From assembly GCF_037042905.1 (NCBI RefSeq), contig NC_087245.1:22942001-23006000 (forward strand): 64,000 nt of DNA, given 5' to 3'. Shown here piece by piece: positions 37,201 to 49,200 of the stretch. Both the position numbers and the translations under genes were made by a program. This DNA comes from Lytechinus pictus. Its lineage: Eukaryota. Positions within the stretch are counted from its first letter, which is position 1. Each line of letters begins with the position of its first letter. Under the pieces are notes generated by a model. It was not told the DNA's origin, made no database searches, and saw only the letters and a list, made by a program, of their open reading frames with translations.

Positions 37201-40200
37201 GAGCTCCGGCCCGCTTTTAGGGCCGGAGCTCCCTAAGTTTCGTATCAGCATGCAGCAGTAACGTTCGATCTAACATTCGGCGGAAACCCGATTTTCGGAT
37301 CGTTTTTTGGTACATCAAATGTCACATTATGAAAAAATAATTACATCCAAACTTACGAGAAAATATATAAAATTCAGAAACATCGTACCTTAGACCGCAG
37401 TTACCGCTAATTCCTTTCAAATGATGATCAAAACTTAGTCATCCTCGATTCCTTCGTTGGTCATCGTAAGTTGCCATCTTGTATGACGTCATCATCTTTA
37501 CAGTCGTATTTACCAGTCGCTATTATACCGCGATTCGTGCCGCTGATTTGTGCTTGTCTATGTGCGTGCGTTCGGAACTTGTCGCTCGCATTGATTGGCC
37601 AGGATATCGATAATTCTAATCAGAAAGCCTTGATAAAAGCATAACTCAATGAACGTAGTAGGCAGTGCGCGCGTTTATAAATTATAGTAGAGAAACTCCC
37701 GTTGGTTTACCGTTGGCCACACACACGCTGCATGCATGATACATGTATACACAATACACGCATATACATGCACAATACACAATACACGCATATACACATG
37801 CACAGCAAAGCAATACACAATACACATGTATTGTAGTTGTTTTTTCCGTAACCTTTTTATTGTTGCCGTAACACCGTAATTGGAGGAATAAAATCGGAAC
37901 AAATACGGCGAATCCGTAACGGTTGGCATCTCTGCAATGTATACAATTTTACCTATCAACTGAAAAAATTAAATCACCAGCATCTTTTCAAATTCAGTGC
38001 TTACTGATGGTGTAAAATTAAACTAAACAGCAGAATGGGGTGTCAGTACTAAACTTGAAATCACTCACAGTTCCACAACATCTTGCATTGGTCACTCCAA
38101 TTTTTCAGTTAAAGGTAAATGCTAGTTTTGGTAACGATATCAAAATGAGTTCGTACAGAATCCAATAAAATGACCACCAAAGTGTCTGTTTGTATAAATA
38201 AAACATATGTGCCAAAGGATTCTGGAAGAAATTGTGTAATTGCTGAGAAATCAGCAAATAAGCACAGGATTCGGGTAGAGCGTCGTGCCCGACGCTCAAA
38301 GCAATAATTATACACTGCCCCACGTGCGCTTATCTGTGTTGGTGATCTTTAGCGTGAACATTTTTCAGCGTAGATTTCAAGATTTCACAAAGTTCGGTTT
38401 ATGTAACTGTACCAGATCTAGATCCTCGATGATATACTGACAATTAAGCCTTGTTTTACAGACTTTCTCATGAAATCAGTGTTTACTGCAACTACTGGAA
38501 TTTCTCTTTAACCCATTACCTACTGGAACCTGTTGGTCCCTGTGCAAAATCTATAGGAAATACAGAATTCGCACTTCACAGGTGAAAGGGGTTATCTGGT
38601 TAAATTAAGTTTTATTTTTATTCTTTACCTTGATTCCTTCGCTCTTGTCAGCTACCACTGTGACGGTGGTAGATTCCTTATCAAGAACAACTTTCTCAAT
38701 AGTCTTGGTAGGTTGACTTGAAGTAGCAATGCTGATAGGAACCATCCACTTGAAGTCTCCTTCTGTTCCAGACATAAAAAAAAGCATTTTCTTTACTTCA
38801 CCCTGTCTCATTAATTAATTTATTCAATAGATGGAAAGAAATACAGTACATTCTTGACCCATTTCACATACTGGGAACTGTGAAGTACAAGACACAGAAG
38901 AAATTTAAAGAAGAATTGAAGATGAATTGAAAATGCAGTCTGGTAAAGGGATAAAGCAAAGCAAATGAGACCAGTGGAGAGGATGTGAGTTTTTTTCAAC
39001 AGAGACATGGAAAAACTCATGTTTTGGTGTATTCTGCAATCAAACTTTACTATTCATTTTTCACTTTACTTTTGCTCAAAATAAATGTAATACAAAAATG
39101 CAATATGATCTTAAAATACCTAATGACACAAGTTTCTCAAACCTGTAATTATTTATAGTTAGGTCTATGAACATTGCTAGGCCTTTTTTCCCATGGCTAC
39201 ATAATACACCAATACACAAAAACAATTAAGAGATATTTGGAATCCTTACTTTCCTTTGGTTTTAAATAACCGCCAAACCCCTCGCCAAACAAAAAGCGAA
39301 GAAAAGAAAAGGGAAAAAAAACCCAATAACATACGAAACTGTTTCGATGAATGCTTAACACGATTCTTTGATGCATTTATCATTCTATTGAAGGGGGGGG
39401 GGGGAGTGAGGTTACCACGGACCTTGCTTCTGGCCATCTGCGCAAAACTTCTCCTGAGAGATGCTGAGGACCTGTTTATCTCCTTGCTGCTCTCTGGTTA
39501 CCTTCAGGACGGGGAAACCCATCTGTTTGGTCCAGGTGCCCATGATGTCTTCTATCGGCTTACCACTGGCTTCCCCAAGGGCCTGCCAAAGGTCTTCTGT
39601 GAATGTGTTCTTGTACTTGTGCCTCTCTAGGTATGCATTCATACCTTTACGGAATGTCTGGATGACAAAGAGATGAATGTATCTGTCAATCTATATCCAC
39701 AATAATTGTTAGGATATCAATGGTCTTTAGAGTCAATCCAGCATTTAGGGATTGTACGTCAGGGGATATGCCTCAGGTTTTTTTTTAAAGCTTACTTGGG
39801 TTCGGAATGCCACTGCAGCACTAGTGTTCTTTGGCAAGATATTTATCTACAAGTGCCACCCTCCATCAAAGTGGAATTGGGTACCTGGCAGGATGTGACA
39901 GTTATCATGTTTTGCGAAGCATTATGATAGCCTCACATGGTGACTGGCGGGAAGAGTCCCCAGGGAATGGAGGACTGTACATTCATTGCATGCTGATTGA
40001 ATATGACTCGGGTGATAATAATAATCTGTAGCTCACATGCATATATAGATACAGTTATGTGCTAGATAAAACTGGATGATCATCATGATCACCATTACCA
40101 TCATAATCATCATCATCATCTTTCTTCAGAAAACACCACACACATGAGCAGAACAGGAGAGACTATTAATTTACCTCCAATGAACACTTTATTTACAATA

Positions 40201-43200
40201 AGATATATATAAAAAAAATCTCAATAGCTATATATAGATCACAAGACTAGTGAAATAACAAATGAATACATCACCCACCTGTCAGAAATTTGTCATCAAT
40301 TTATAAGTTTGTCTCTCATCAAAATAAACCCATTCCCTTCATCTAGGTCATTACCTTCGCTATTTCATGCATTGCATTGTATTGCTCTGCCGTGCGCTGC
40401 TACAATGTAGCTACTTTCGCAGCAGTACAGGCACCAGGACCTCTCTCTCTCTCTTTATCCATATCCCACCAGCGCTTCCAAGTTCAGATTTCAAGTTAAA
40501 TCTAAGATTAGGAGACATGGAGGTAGGTGTAAGCTCCTTAGTTCATAACTTCAAAATGCCAATATCAACACAGAAGCATGTGCCGATTATAGACCTAACG
40601 TGAGACCATCCATGTATGTATTTTTAAAACTCTGGTCTGTGTGCACCTAACGGCTCATAATATCCAGCCAGCCATATTCGGACAGCTCTGGGCATCAAAG
40701 CTGTCTTGAAGCTTCAGCTTTATGCTAAATACTGAGGCACTGAATAGCTTGGCAGATACTCTGGAATCGAACTGACCTGATGCCTTTGACATGCTCACAG
40801 ATTGAATATAGCGTATAGAGGTAAACTTGTCTAAGTCAACCTTCTTTAAGTTGAACAGATTTCTGTGGTCCCATAGTGGAGCCTTGTGGCCCAGTGGATT
40901 AGTCTTCTGACTTTGAAACAGAGGGTTGTGGGTTCGAACCCCAGCCATGGCGCAATTTCCTTCAGTAAGAAATCTATCCACAATGTGCTGCACTCAACCC
41001 AGGTGAGGTGAATGGGTACCCGGTATGAAAAAATTCCTTGAATGCTTGAGCGCCTAGGCTGCCCAGCTAAAGCTGGTGTAATAATAATAGCAGGGTCCAC
41101 TGGGAGAAGAGTTTTCGAACTGAAGTGGCTTCCCTAGGTAAATATACCTATATTATTTGACTGAGGCAAAGTTACCCAGTGGGTGTGTCATAAAATGTTT
41201 GTAAGTTATGTGTGACTTTACAAATGACTGGTGACCATTTCTTGGGAACTAAACCAACAGCTATGAAAATCTCATTTATATAATTACCACAAGAAAGGGT
41301 CACGAGCAGTTCGTAGTTCCTTGCAATTTGCAAACAGCTTTAAGAAACACCCACTAGTACTCCTATCAACTCACATCGTCTCCAATGAAATCATGCAGCA
41401 TCCTAATGACAGAAGCCCCTTTGCAGTACGATATCAGATCAAAGATCTCATCTACTTCATCGGGATGGCCAACAGGTACCTACAAAAAAATATAACCACA
41501 GAGAACAAATTCAGAGTAACTCAAGTTCTGTGAATGCTATCCTTTTTTCTTTTGATTTGAGGGTTCCTCACTAATGTGCAAACATTGGATGAAGACAACA
41601 TACAAGGGAATGAGTTCTTGCTGCCAGGAAATATGTCCTCTCAAAAAGGTCTTTCACCTGCAGCAATCGAGTATTCAAAAAAAAAAATTTGTTCAATAAA
41701 TGACAATGATGATCATGGTGGTGATTATATTTGTTTTAACAAAAATAGAGACAGCTGGGAGTTGTGGCTGAAAAAGAATCTATACTATAATAACCACATT
41801 TCTATAACACTATTTCTTCAAAAAATTCAAAGCACATTCTATTCTTATATAAAAAAGAAAAGAACAATTCTTAACAAACAGGGAAGATTTATCATCAAAG
41901 TTGACTTTGAATGGGTTTCAAGTGAATGACAAAGACAAGTACCTCAATAGGATGGCTATTCTTTAGGGCATCCAACTCAAGAGCCCTGGTATAATCATTG
42001 GTGATGAACTGGGTCCAGATATCATACTCTGGGAAGCAATGATCGACGCACAGGTACTCTATCCATGATGCAAAACCTTCATTGAGCCACAGATGTGTCC
42101 ACCATTCCTATGGCCACAAAAAAAGAAATGGAAAATGGGTAATGAATGGATACTGAGCGATCCTCAGGGTTATGTCCACTTGGTCTACTTCTTAGATTGT
42201 TTGAACACCACCATCATGGCTTAACCCATTTGGTCTGCTATCAATTTGGTCTGATTGCCGTTTGGTCCAACCCTCATTTGGTCTAATATTCACTTTGGCT
42301 AACTGTTATTTAGTCTAATTTCCAGATGTATGAATATCCACTTTGTGTTCTTCCTTCTGTTGCATATTGTCAAATGAAAATTTAGTTCACAAGTCATCAA
42401 ATCACATACACTGACACGTCCTAGACCAAGTGAGTAATAGAAAAAATAAGTATAGCCCAAATGTGAATTAGGTGAAATGACAAATGGGTTTATTTGCATT
42501 GATACCAAATGGTTAGAAAATTCTGAACTGGGATTATATCATCTGGGATGAGACCCGATTGAAAGTAGACAAAATGGCCCGTATACTGAACTTGGGTTTA
42601 CATTAAACCCTGGTTTAAAGTTGTGGTTCAACTATGGAGAATCCCTAAGAGTGCACATCCAATTTATTAACTCATATGACAAACAAATTGTCTGGGAATA
42701 ACAACTGAAGTATTTTGAAGTATTTTTCTTCATTATGAAAGCAACAGGAAACTAATTAGTAAACATAAGAAATATACAATATAAACAGAATTTTTGAACT
42801 TTTGGCTCCTCATAAATTTAGTACAGAGTTAGACCATGGTCTAAGTTAAACCCGACTTCAGAATACGGGCCAATGGGTGTAGACCAAGTGGCATCTCATA
42901 ATTTCAAAAGAAGAGGATTGAAAGCATATATCAGGGATGTAGCAATCTAAACTCAATATTTGTTACAAGGTAATATGCAACAGCCACTTTAGACAACACA
43001 AGCTAAAGACTGAAACTACTTAAATAGACCCTGGATCCTTACCCAGCATGCAGCATTCTCTGCTATAAATTCCACACACTAATCAAATTACTAACTTCAC
43101 CCCTGGAATTAACACTATATCCTACCCTAAACCCAAAATAAAACCCTAGAAAACCATAGAAAATTACCATGGTGACCAGGTTTCCAAACCACTGATGAGC

Positions 43201-46200
43201 CAATTCATGACCTGAAAGAAATGAAGAAAAAAATGCAAAGAAACAATGACTCCTCAATCATGGAATGGTCTAAGTCAAATATTTTACAATCCTGTTTTCA
43301 GATTGGATTAAAAGTGAAGATTCTTTGCAAAGCATTGATGAAATAATGTTGAGAATGAGAGACAGGCTTGTTTTCAGAATAAAGAGGGGAAAAATATTCA
43401 CTATGTTGGACAAATTGACTTTCTGGCGAATAATCGTTAGCAATAATACATGTATATCATTATCTGCAAGTTTACCCAAAAATAAACTGGGGGTTGACTT
43501 TGGGTTAAGATAATAGGATACTTTAAATGCTAGGTATCAAATAGTAAAAAATAACAAGTGGAATGCCTCTGGCGGTCTCACCTGCAGCACGCGATTCAAT
43601 ATACAGTGCGTTTAAAAAAAAAGTTTAAACTTAGAAAAAATCCTGTAAAATTGTACATTTGTAATATCCTGAAGATTTTTCCACATTCTAACATTAGTAC
43701 AGATCCATTTAAGCAAATTACGATATAACTGTCGAAAAATATTTCCGCTTGAGTGAGCACCACTTACTTTTGAAAAGTTAGTGAAAAATGATTTGCGCAG
43801 AACTTTGAAATAGTTATGCAGATAAAAGTAACCTTAATCATGAAGATCACGTGGAATATAGCTAGTAAAATTGATTTGAAGATATCTTTTACCTTTTTTA
43901 ACTTGTTTCCTTGCCCAAAACACTTCGAAGAGTGCATTGCACCCCATCCCACTCCCCCACCCATCAAGGCCATCGTGACGATATTTGCTTTACACTGAGC
44001 TGTGATTTACATGAAATGGCTAAGGCTTGATTTTCATTTTGTTAATCATCGTCAAGCTTGGAAAAAGTGTGGAGAAACAAGTATTAAATGATAAAAACTT
44101 AGTGATAAAATGCTGGAGATGTCTGATATAAGTTTTTGTTCAGATTCAGTTAAGTCCTCAGATCCAGCTGGCACAAAAAGGGTAAAGGTTGTGCTTACTA
44201 AGTGTTGAAATTTCAATTTGGGTGGCAAAATTGTTACAAAATGCTTGAATGTATCCGTTTTATTTCAATTAACTAAAAGTGCAAGGTAATTTTATGAGAA
44301 ATGTTTCGCAGGGTAAGTTTGATTTCGCCCTTTCCCCTTGACAGCTTGAAAACCAGCATTTCTGCGCAAACAGATTTCTGCGAGCTTTACAAAAATGGAC
44401 AGTGCTCACTCAAGTGTAACATTCTGTCAAAACTTTTACTTTCATTGGATAGATGAGACCCAACCCAAGATTATATGTGAATAAATTACCCACATGTTTT
44501 ATATTTTTTAATTCCCATGGCTTTTTCAAAGTGTAAACTTTTTTTTGATACGCACTGTATAGCAGCAGTGCTGACTTTGAAAAACAACCTTTTAAGTTTT
44601 CATAATTATTAACAAAAAACACCATTCATATGATACAATACTACGTTCATTGACATTTGACCTTGACAATGTGACCTAAAACTTGTCAGTGATACTTGAT
44701 TACCCCTATATCCACATTTTATACATTATACCTATAAACTTTGAAAGTTATGACAGCAATCTAATAATTACCTCTAAAATGGCCAAAGTTCAATGACCTT
44801 AAATGACCTTTGACTTTGGTCATGTGACCTGAAACTCCCATGAGATGTTCAGTGATACTTGACGACTCTTATGTCCAAGTTTTATGAACTAGACCAATAT
44901 ACTTACAGAGTTATGATGGTAATTCAACAAACACCCCCAACATGGCCAATATCCATTGACCTTTGACCTTGGTCATGTGACCTGAAACTCGCACAAGATG
45001 TTCAGTGAACCTTGGTTACTCTTGTGTCCACGTTTTATGATCTAGACCAATACACTTACAGAGATATGATAATTCAACAAAAAAAACCCAACATGGCCAA
45101 AGTTCATTGACCTTACATGACCTTTGAAAAGCAGCGCCTATAGTCTCACTCTGCTATGCAGGTGAGACAAAAATAATAAAGAACTGAAGAATAAATCTAT
45201 TTATTCACAGAAGTTCAGGTGATAAATCATTTTACATAATTATCTCTTCTGATAAAGAAGTTAACAGGTCAGCAAAAATAATGCAAACAGAAGAAACGAT
45301 TTCCATGGACAAATGTCAGGTGAAGAAAATCTCACAAATTAAAAATTATTGTACATATCAACAAAGATGGACTTTGATATCTCTTAACTTCAATCAACAT
45401 ATAAATCAGTTCTTTTCATGCAGAAAATCTACTCTGAAGCAAATGGATAAAGTACATGTAAATAAAGTAATGTCATGTGATCAGTATCATGTGAGGAACT
45501 GTGAATAAACTTTATCATCACTTTAAGGCCAAGTCTACCCTAACATCGATTTATAAGAAAAATAGGACAAGAAATGACAGTTCATTGAAATCAGTCTAAT
45601 ATCTATACAATTGAGGCCATAAGTTTACATACACCCATGGAATTCAGTGAAATCTGTTCGCTTACCAAACATTGTAAAATTTACTATATCTTCAGAAATA
45701 TAAATACTACCATGACGAATTTGGTATCAAATGAAAGAATGTATTAAGCTTTTCCAAATGATTGGGGTACTGTTGGGATTACAGTATATTTCAGGTGGAA
45801 TTTTCTTTGAAGAAAACAAATATGTTTGTCAAATGTATTTTATTGTTTGTTTTAATTTCAAACATTGTTTTATAGAAATATATAAATGTCAAATCTATGA
45901 TTTATATCACATTTTCTTTCATGATGTGTCACCACTGAACAAAAAGTGTAATCTGAAATGTTTGTGTTGAAAAGTAACAAACACAAATATGAAATGTTTT
46001 TGTCAAGTTTTTATTTTTAATTTGTCTAAAATGTGAAGATTTTTTTTTGATAAAATACAGATAAATATTTGTCAGCTCCTGATGACAAAGCAATGTGATG
46101 AAGGGGCATGACATACTCATTTGTTTGATATCAAATTTGTCAAGATAGCACAAATATTTTATAAGCGACAGTAAATTTTATGATATTTGGCAAGTGTCAA

Positions 46201-49200
46201 CTTTTCTTTGAATTTCCTGGGTGCATGTAAACTTCTAGCCTCAACTGTATTTATCTATCTTAACTTTTCCCTTAATTTCACAAAATGGTCATAAGCATAC
46301 CAAGACCATTATAAAAATGTGGAAACAGATGACATTGCACAATCACAATTTCTGGACTTTGTATTATATCATATTGTATTGCAAATTTTGTAATATAGAT
46401 GTGAAACATGATTTGAATTCTAATTAAGCATGTAGAATCACCATTACTTTAGCTTAATAAGATTCAATCAAGAGCTTCTCTTTGATCAAATCTATAAAAT
46501 TTGAAACCTTCATTCCTTCATTAAAATCCAAAATAGTGTGTGACATCACCAGCTCTTGCTGTTGTCTTAATCCACATTTTGCGTACAACTATTTTGTGAA
46601 ATTATAAAGAAAAATAAAGTGTCAGATTAGGAAAAAACTTGCTAATGACTTACCGACAACGATTGCAACCCACTGTTTTGCCTTGGCAGATGAATTTTCA
46701 GCGTCAACTAGCAAGGCGGTCTCTCTGAAAAATTAAACAAAATCTAAATTGTTAGAAGGCTACACCTGAAATGAAATTTTAAAAAACATAGCAAAGTGAT
46801 AGAAAACATGAGACAAAATCAAATGAAAAAAAATACACATGTCAGAGTGAAATTTCTATATCAAAAGCTTATTCCCTACTTCTGTTAATTTCAAATGCAA
46901 TTACTAGTACATTCAATTCTTTTCAAAAGAGCAATCACTCATTAGAATGGTTCTGCAATTACATGGGTAATTATTTTTAAAACATCACATGCAATACATT
47001 TCTTTGCTCTGTGCATGCTAGAGTATGCAAGGAGCGAGTTCCATACGGCATAAAGAAATAATTATACAATGGAAGGTATACTGGACATTTCAGCCAGTTG
47101 CATACATTGTATGACTCCACCAGCACAAATATTGCACTTCTGTATATGGTTATAGCCAAAAATTAGAACAAAAAAGACAAGAAAATGCAAGAAGTATGAC
47201 CATCACCACCATGACAAAAAACTAAATTGTGGCTTTAAGAAGTACAGAACAGAGTACACGTACTAATATCTTTCTGGGCCCCGTCTATTACAAAGAGTTA
47301 AGATTGACCCGATCAACCACAGCTATATAGAAATCCATCAATGTCATATTTTGTGTACAGGAAATTTGCAGAGTCCATTGTAAAGAAAGAAAAGTACACA
47401 GAATTTTCAAGAAAACAATGTATGTATGAATATACATCATAACTAGAAAATATTTTTAACATACATTTCAGATGGTGCCGTTATTGGCTTTCCATACATG
47501 TGGCCGATTGGATCAATCGCACCCCTTTGTAAGACAGGGCCCTGCTGATCAGAAATGATATTTGTTCATCCTACCTGTATGTGACAAGGCCCCAGTTCTC
47601 CATTGCTCCAGCTGCAAAATCAGGAATGGCTATGAGATCAATCTTTGGTAGTGGGTACGCAACGCTGAAGTAATCTTTGTAGAATGGTAGAGTCTTCAGG
47701 GAAACCTTCATGTACACATAAATGTAATTAATGTAAAATGGGTTACTTGGTTCTGCCATATTGTTTGTGTTTCACTTTCATATTTATAACTGAAAATATC
47801 TGCATGTAGGCTACATGTATTTCAAAGTTTTGAGCTACTTAAGGTACATAAGGGACCCATGATTCTAACCTTGACTGTCAACTATATGACTATGCTGAAA
47901 ATTGAAAAACTTGAAGCACACATTTCTTACATTATGATCTACAAACTTGGTTAATACTTTTTGCACTTATATAATTATTCTCACAGCAATTCAGGTGAAA
48001 TTACTATTAAAAACATTAAAATAAAAAAGTGTGATTTCTCATGGGATTTTTTATATTATTTCTTCTGCTGAGATTGTTTTTCATGATATAAAAGCAGTGA
48101 AAGTCAAGGTTATCTTTATGTTAACCTGAATAAATACACCCAAATCAACAAGACATGCCCAAGTTTCATTCCACTAAATTTACCAGACTATTACAAAAAC
48201 ATAGTAACTTAAAAACTCTTGAATAAGCAAATCTGTAAAGGCTTTGTAATATAGGGACTTCTGGTTCCTGAAAGAAACAAGTTAACTTGATTATTGTCTG
48301 ATGTGAAGGGATAATGGTACATGCACTTAAAGCATGGCATTCAACCAGAATGCGGAAAACTAACTGAGTGAGAATCATAAAAGATAGACACCACACGGTT
48401 CGTTCATTGGATGACCAGTTCTTATTCATCAATGCAAAATTCATGTCCTATTTATTTGTCGCACTGGACTCGCTGCTAAACAAACCTTGGTCATCTTACT
48501 TACTTCCAAAGCAAACCGCCCCTGATCTTCCTTTCCAAGGGGTGTAAAAACCCGAACATCAACCCCATCGGCGGACCTTCCCTCTACAAAGTCAAACTCC
48601 CCTACAACAAACGCGAGCAGGTAGGTTGACATGATTGGAGAGGTGGCAAAGGTCACTACCTTCAGACTTGGGTCGTCAGGGCTTGGTTCATCACTGATGG
48701 AATTCTGATGGAAAATTCAATGATTATAATGATGATGATTCAACAACAAAAAATGGCTTCAAGTAGTCATAATCTAAAGTATAAACAGATGCTGAATTGA
48801 GAGTGTTGAATTCAGAAGAAATAAAAGTTGAGATATCCGAGCGCAAGAGACAGGGATGACAGAGTAATGAGATCATCTGATCATGAGACTCACAAAGTAA
48901 AAATATAATAACCATTATTATATTCATTATTGTCACAAAAATTATTATTACAATATGAATATAACAAAAATAAAACTAATCAGCACTGCATCAAATGTAC
49001 AACTAATGTTACTAGTACAGATTTATGATGACATTGCAGGTGGACTCGGAAACACCGTTCTTTCACATATAAACACCATTCTTTCAGATATAAACACAAG
49101 TACTCGTCATAATGGCTAAGTGGTGAAAGTAAAATCATTTGGCATTGTTAAGTGCACTGAAACAATGAATGGTACACAAATTATTCTCTTCGGCCAAAGG

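Noticed and set aside
40878..40950. Possible functional tRNA gene (also 5860-5935 and 56845-56920)
   Set aside because: A/B boxes are present but the stems are imperfect and continue into SINE body or MITE sequence; treated as tRNA-derived repeats
40655..40993. 112-aa minus-strand ORF as a nested gene or extra NPEPPS exon
   Set aside because: It partly overlaps a SINE, shows no recognisable domain, and NPEPPS exons 10 and 11 already join in frame
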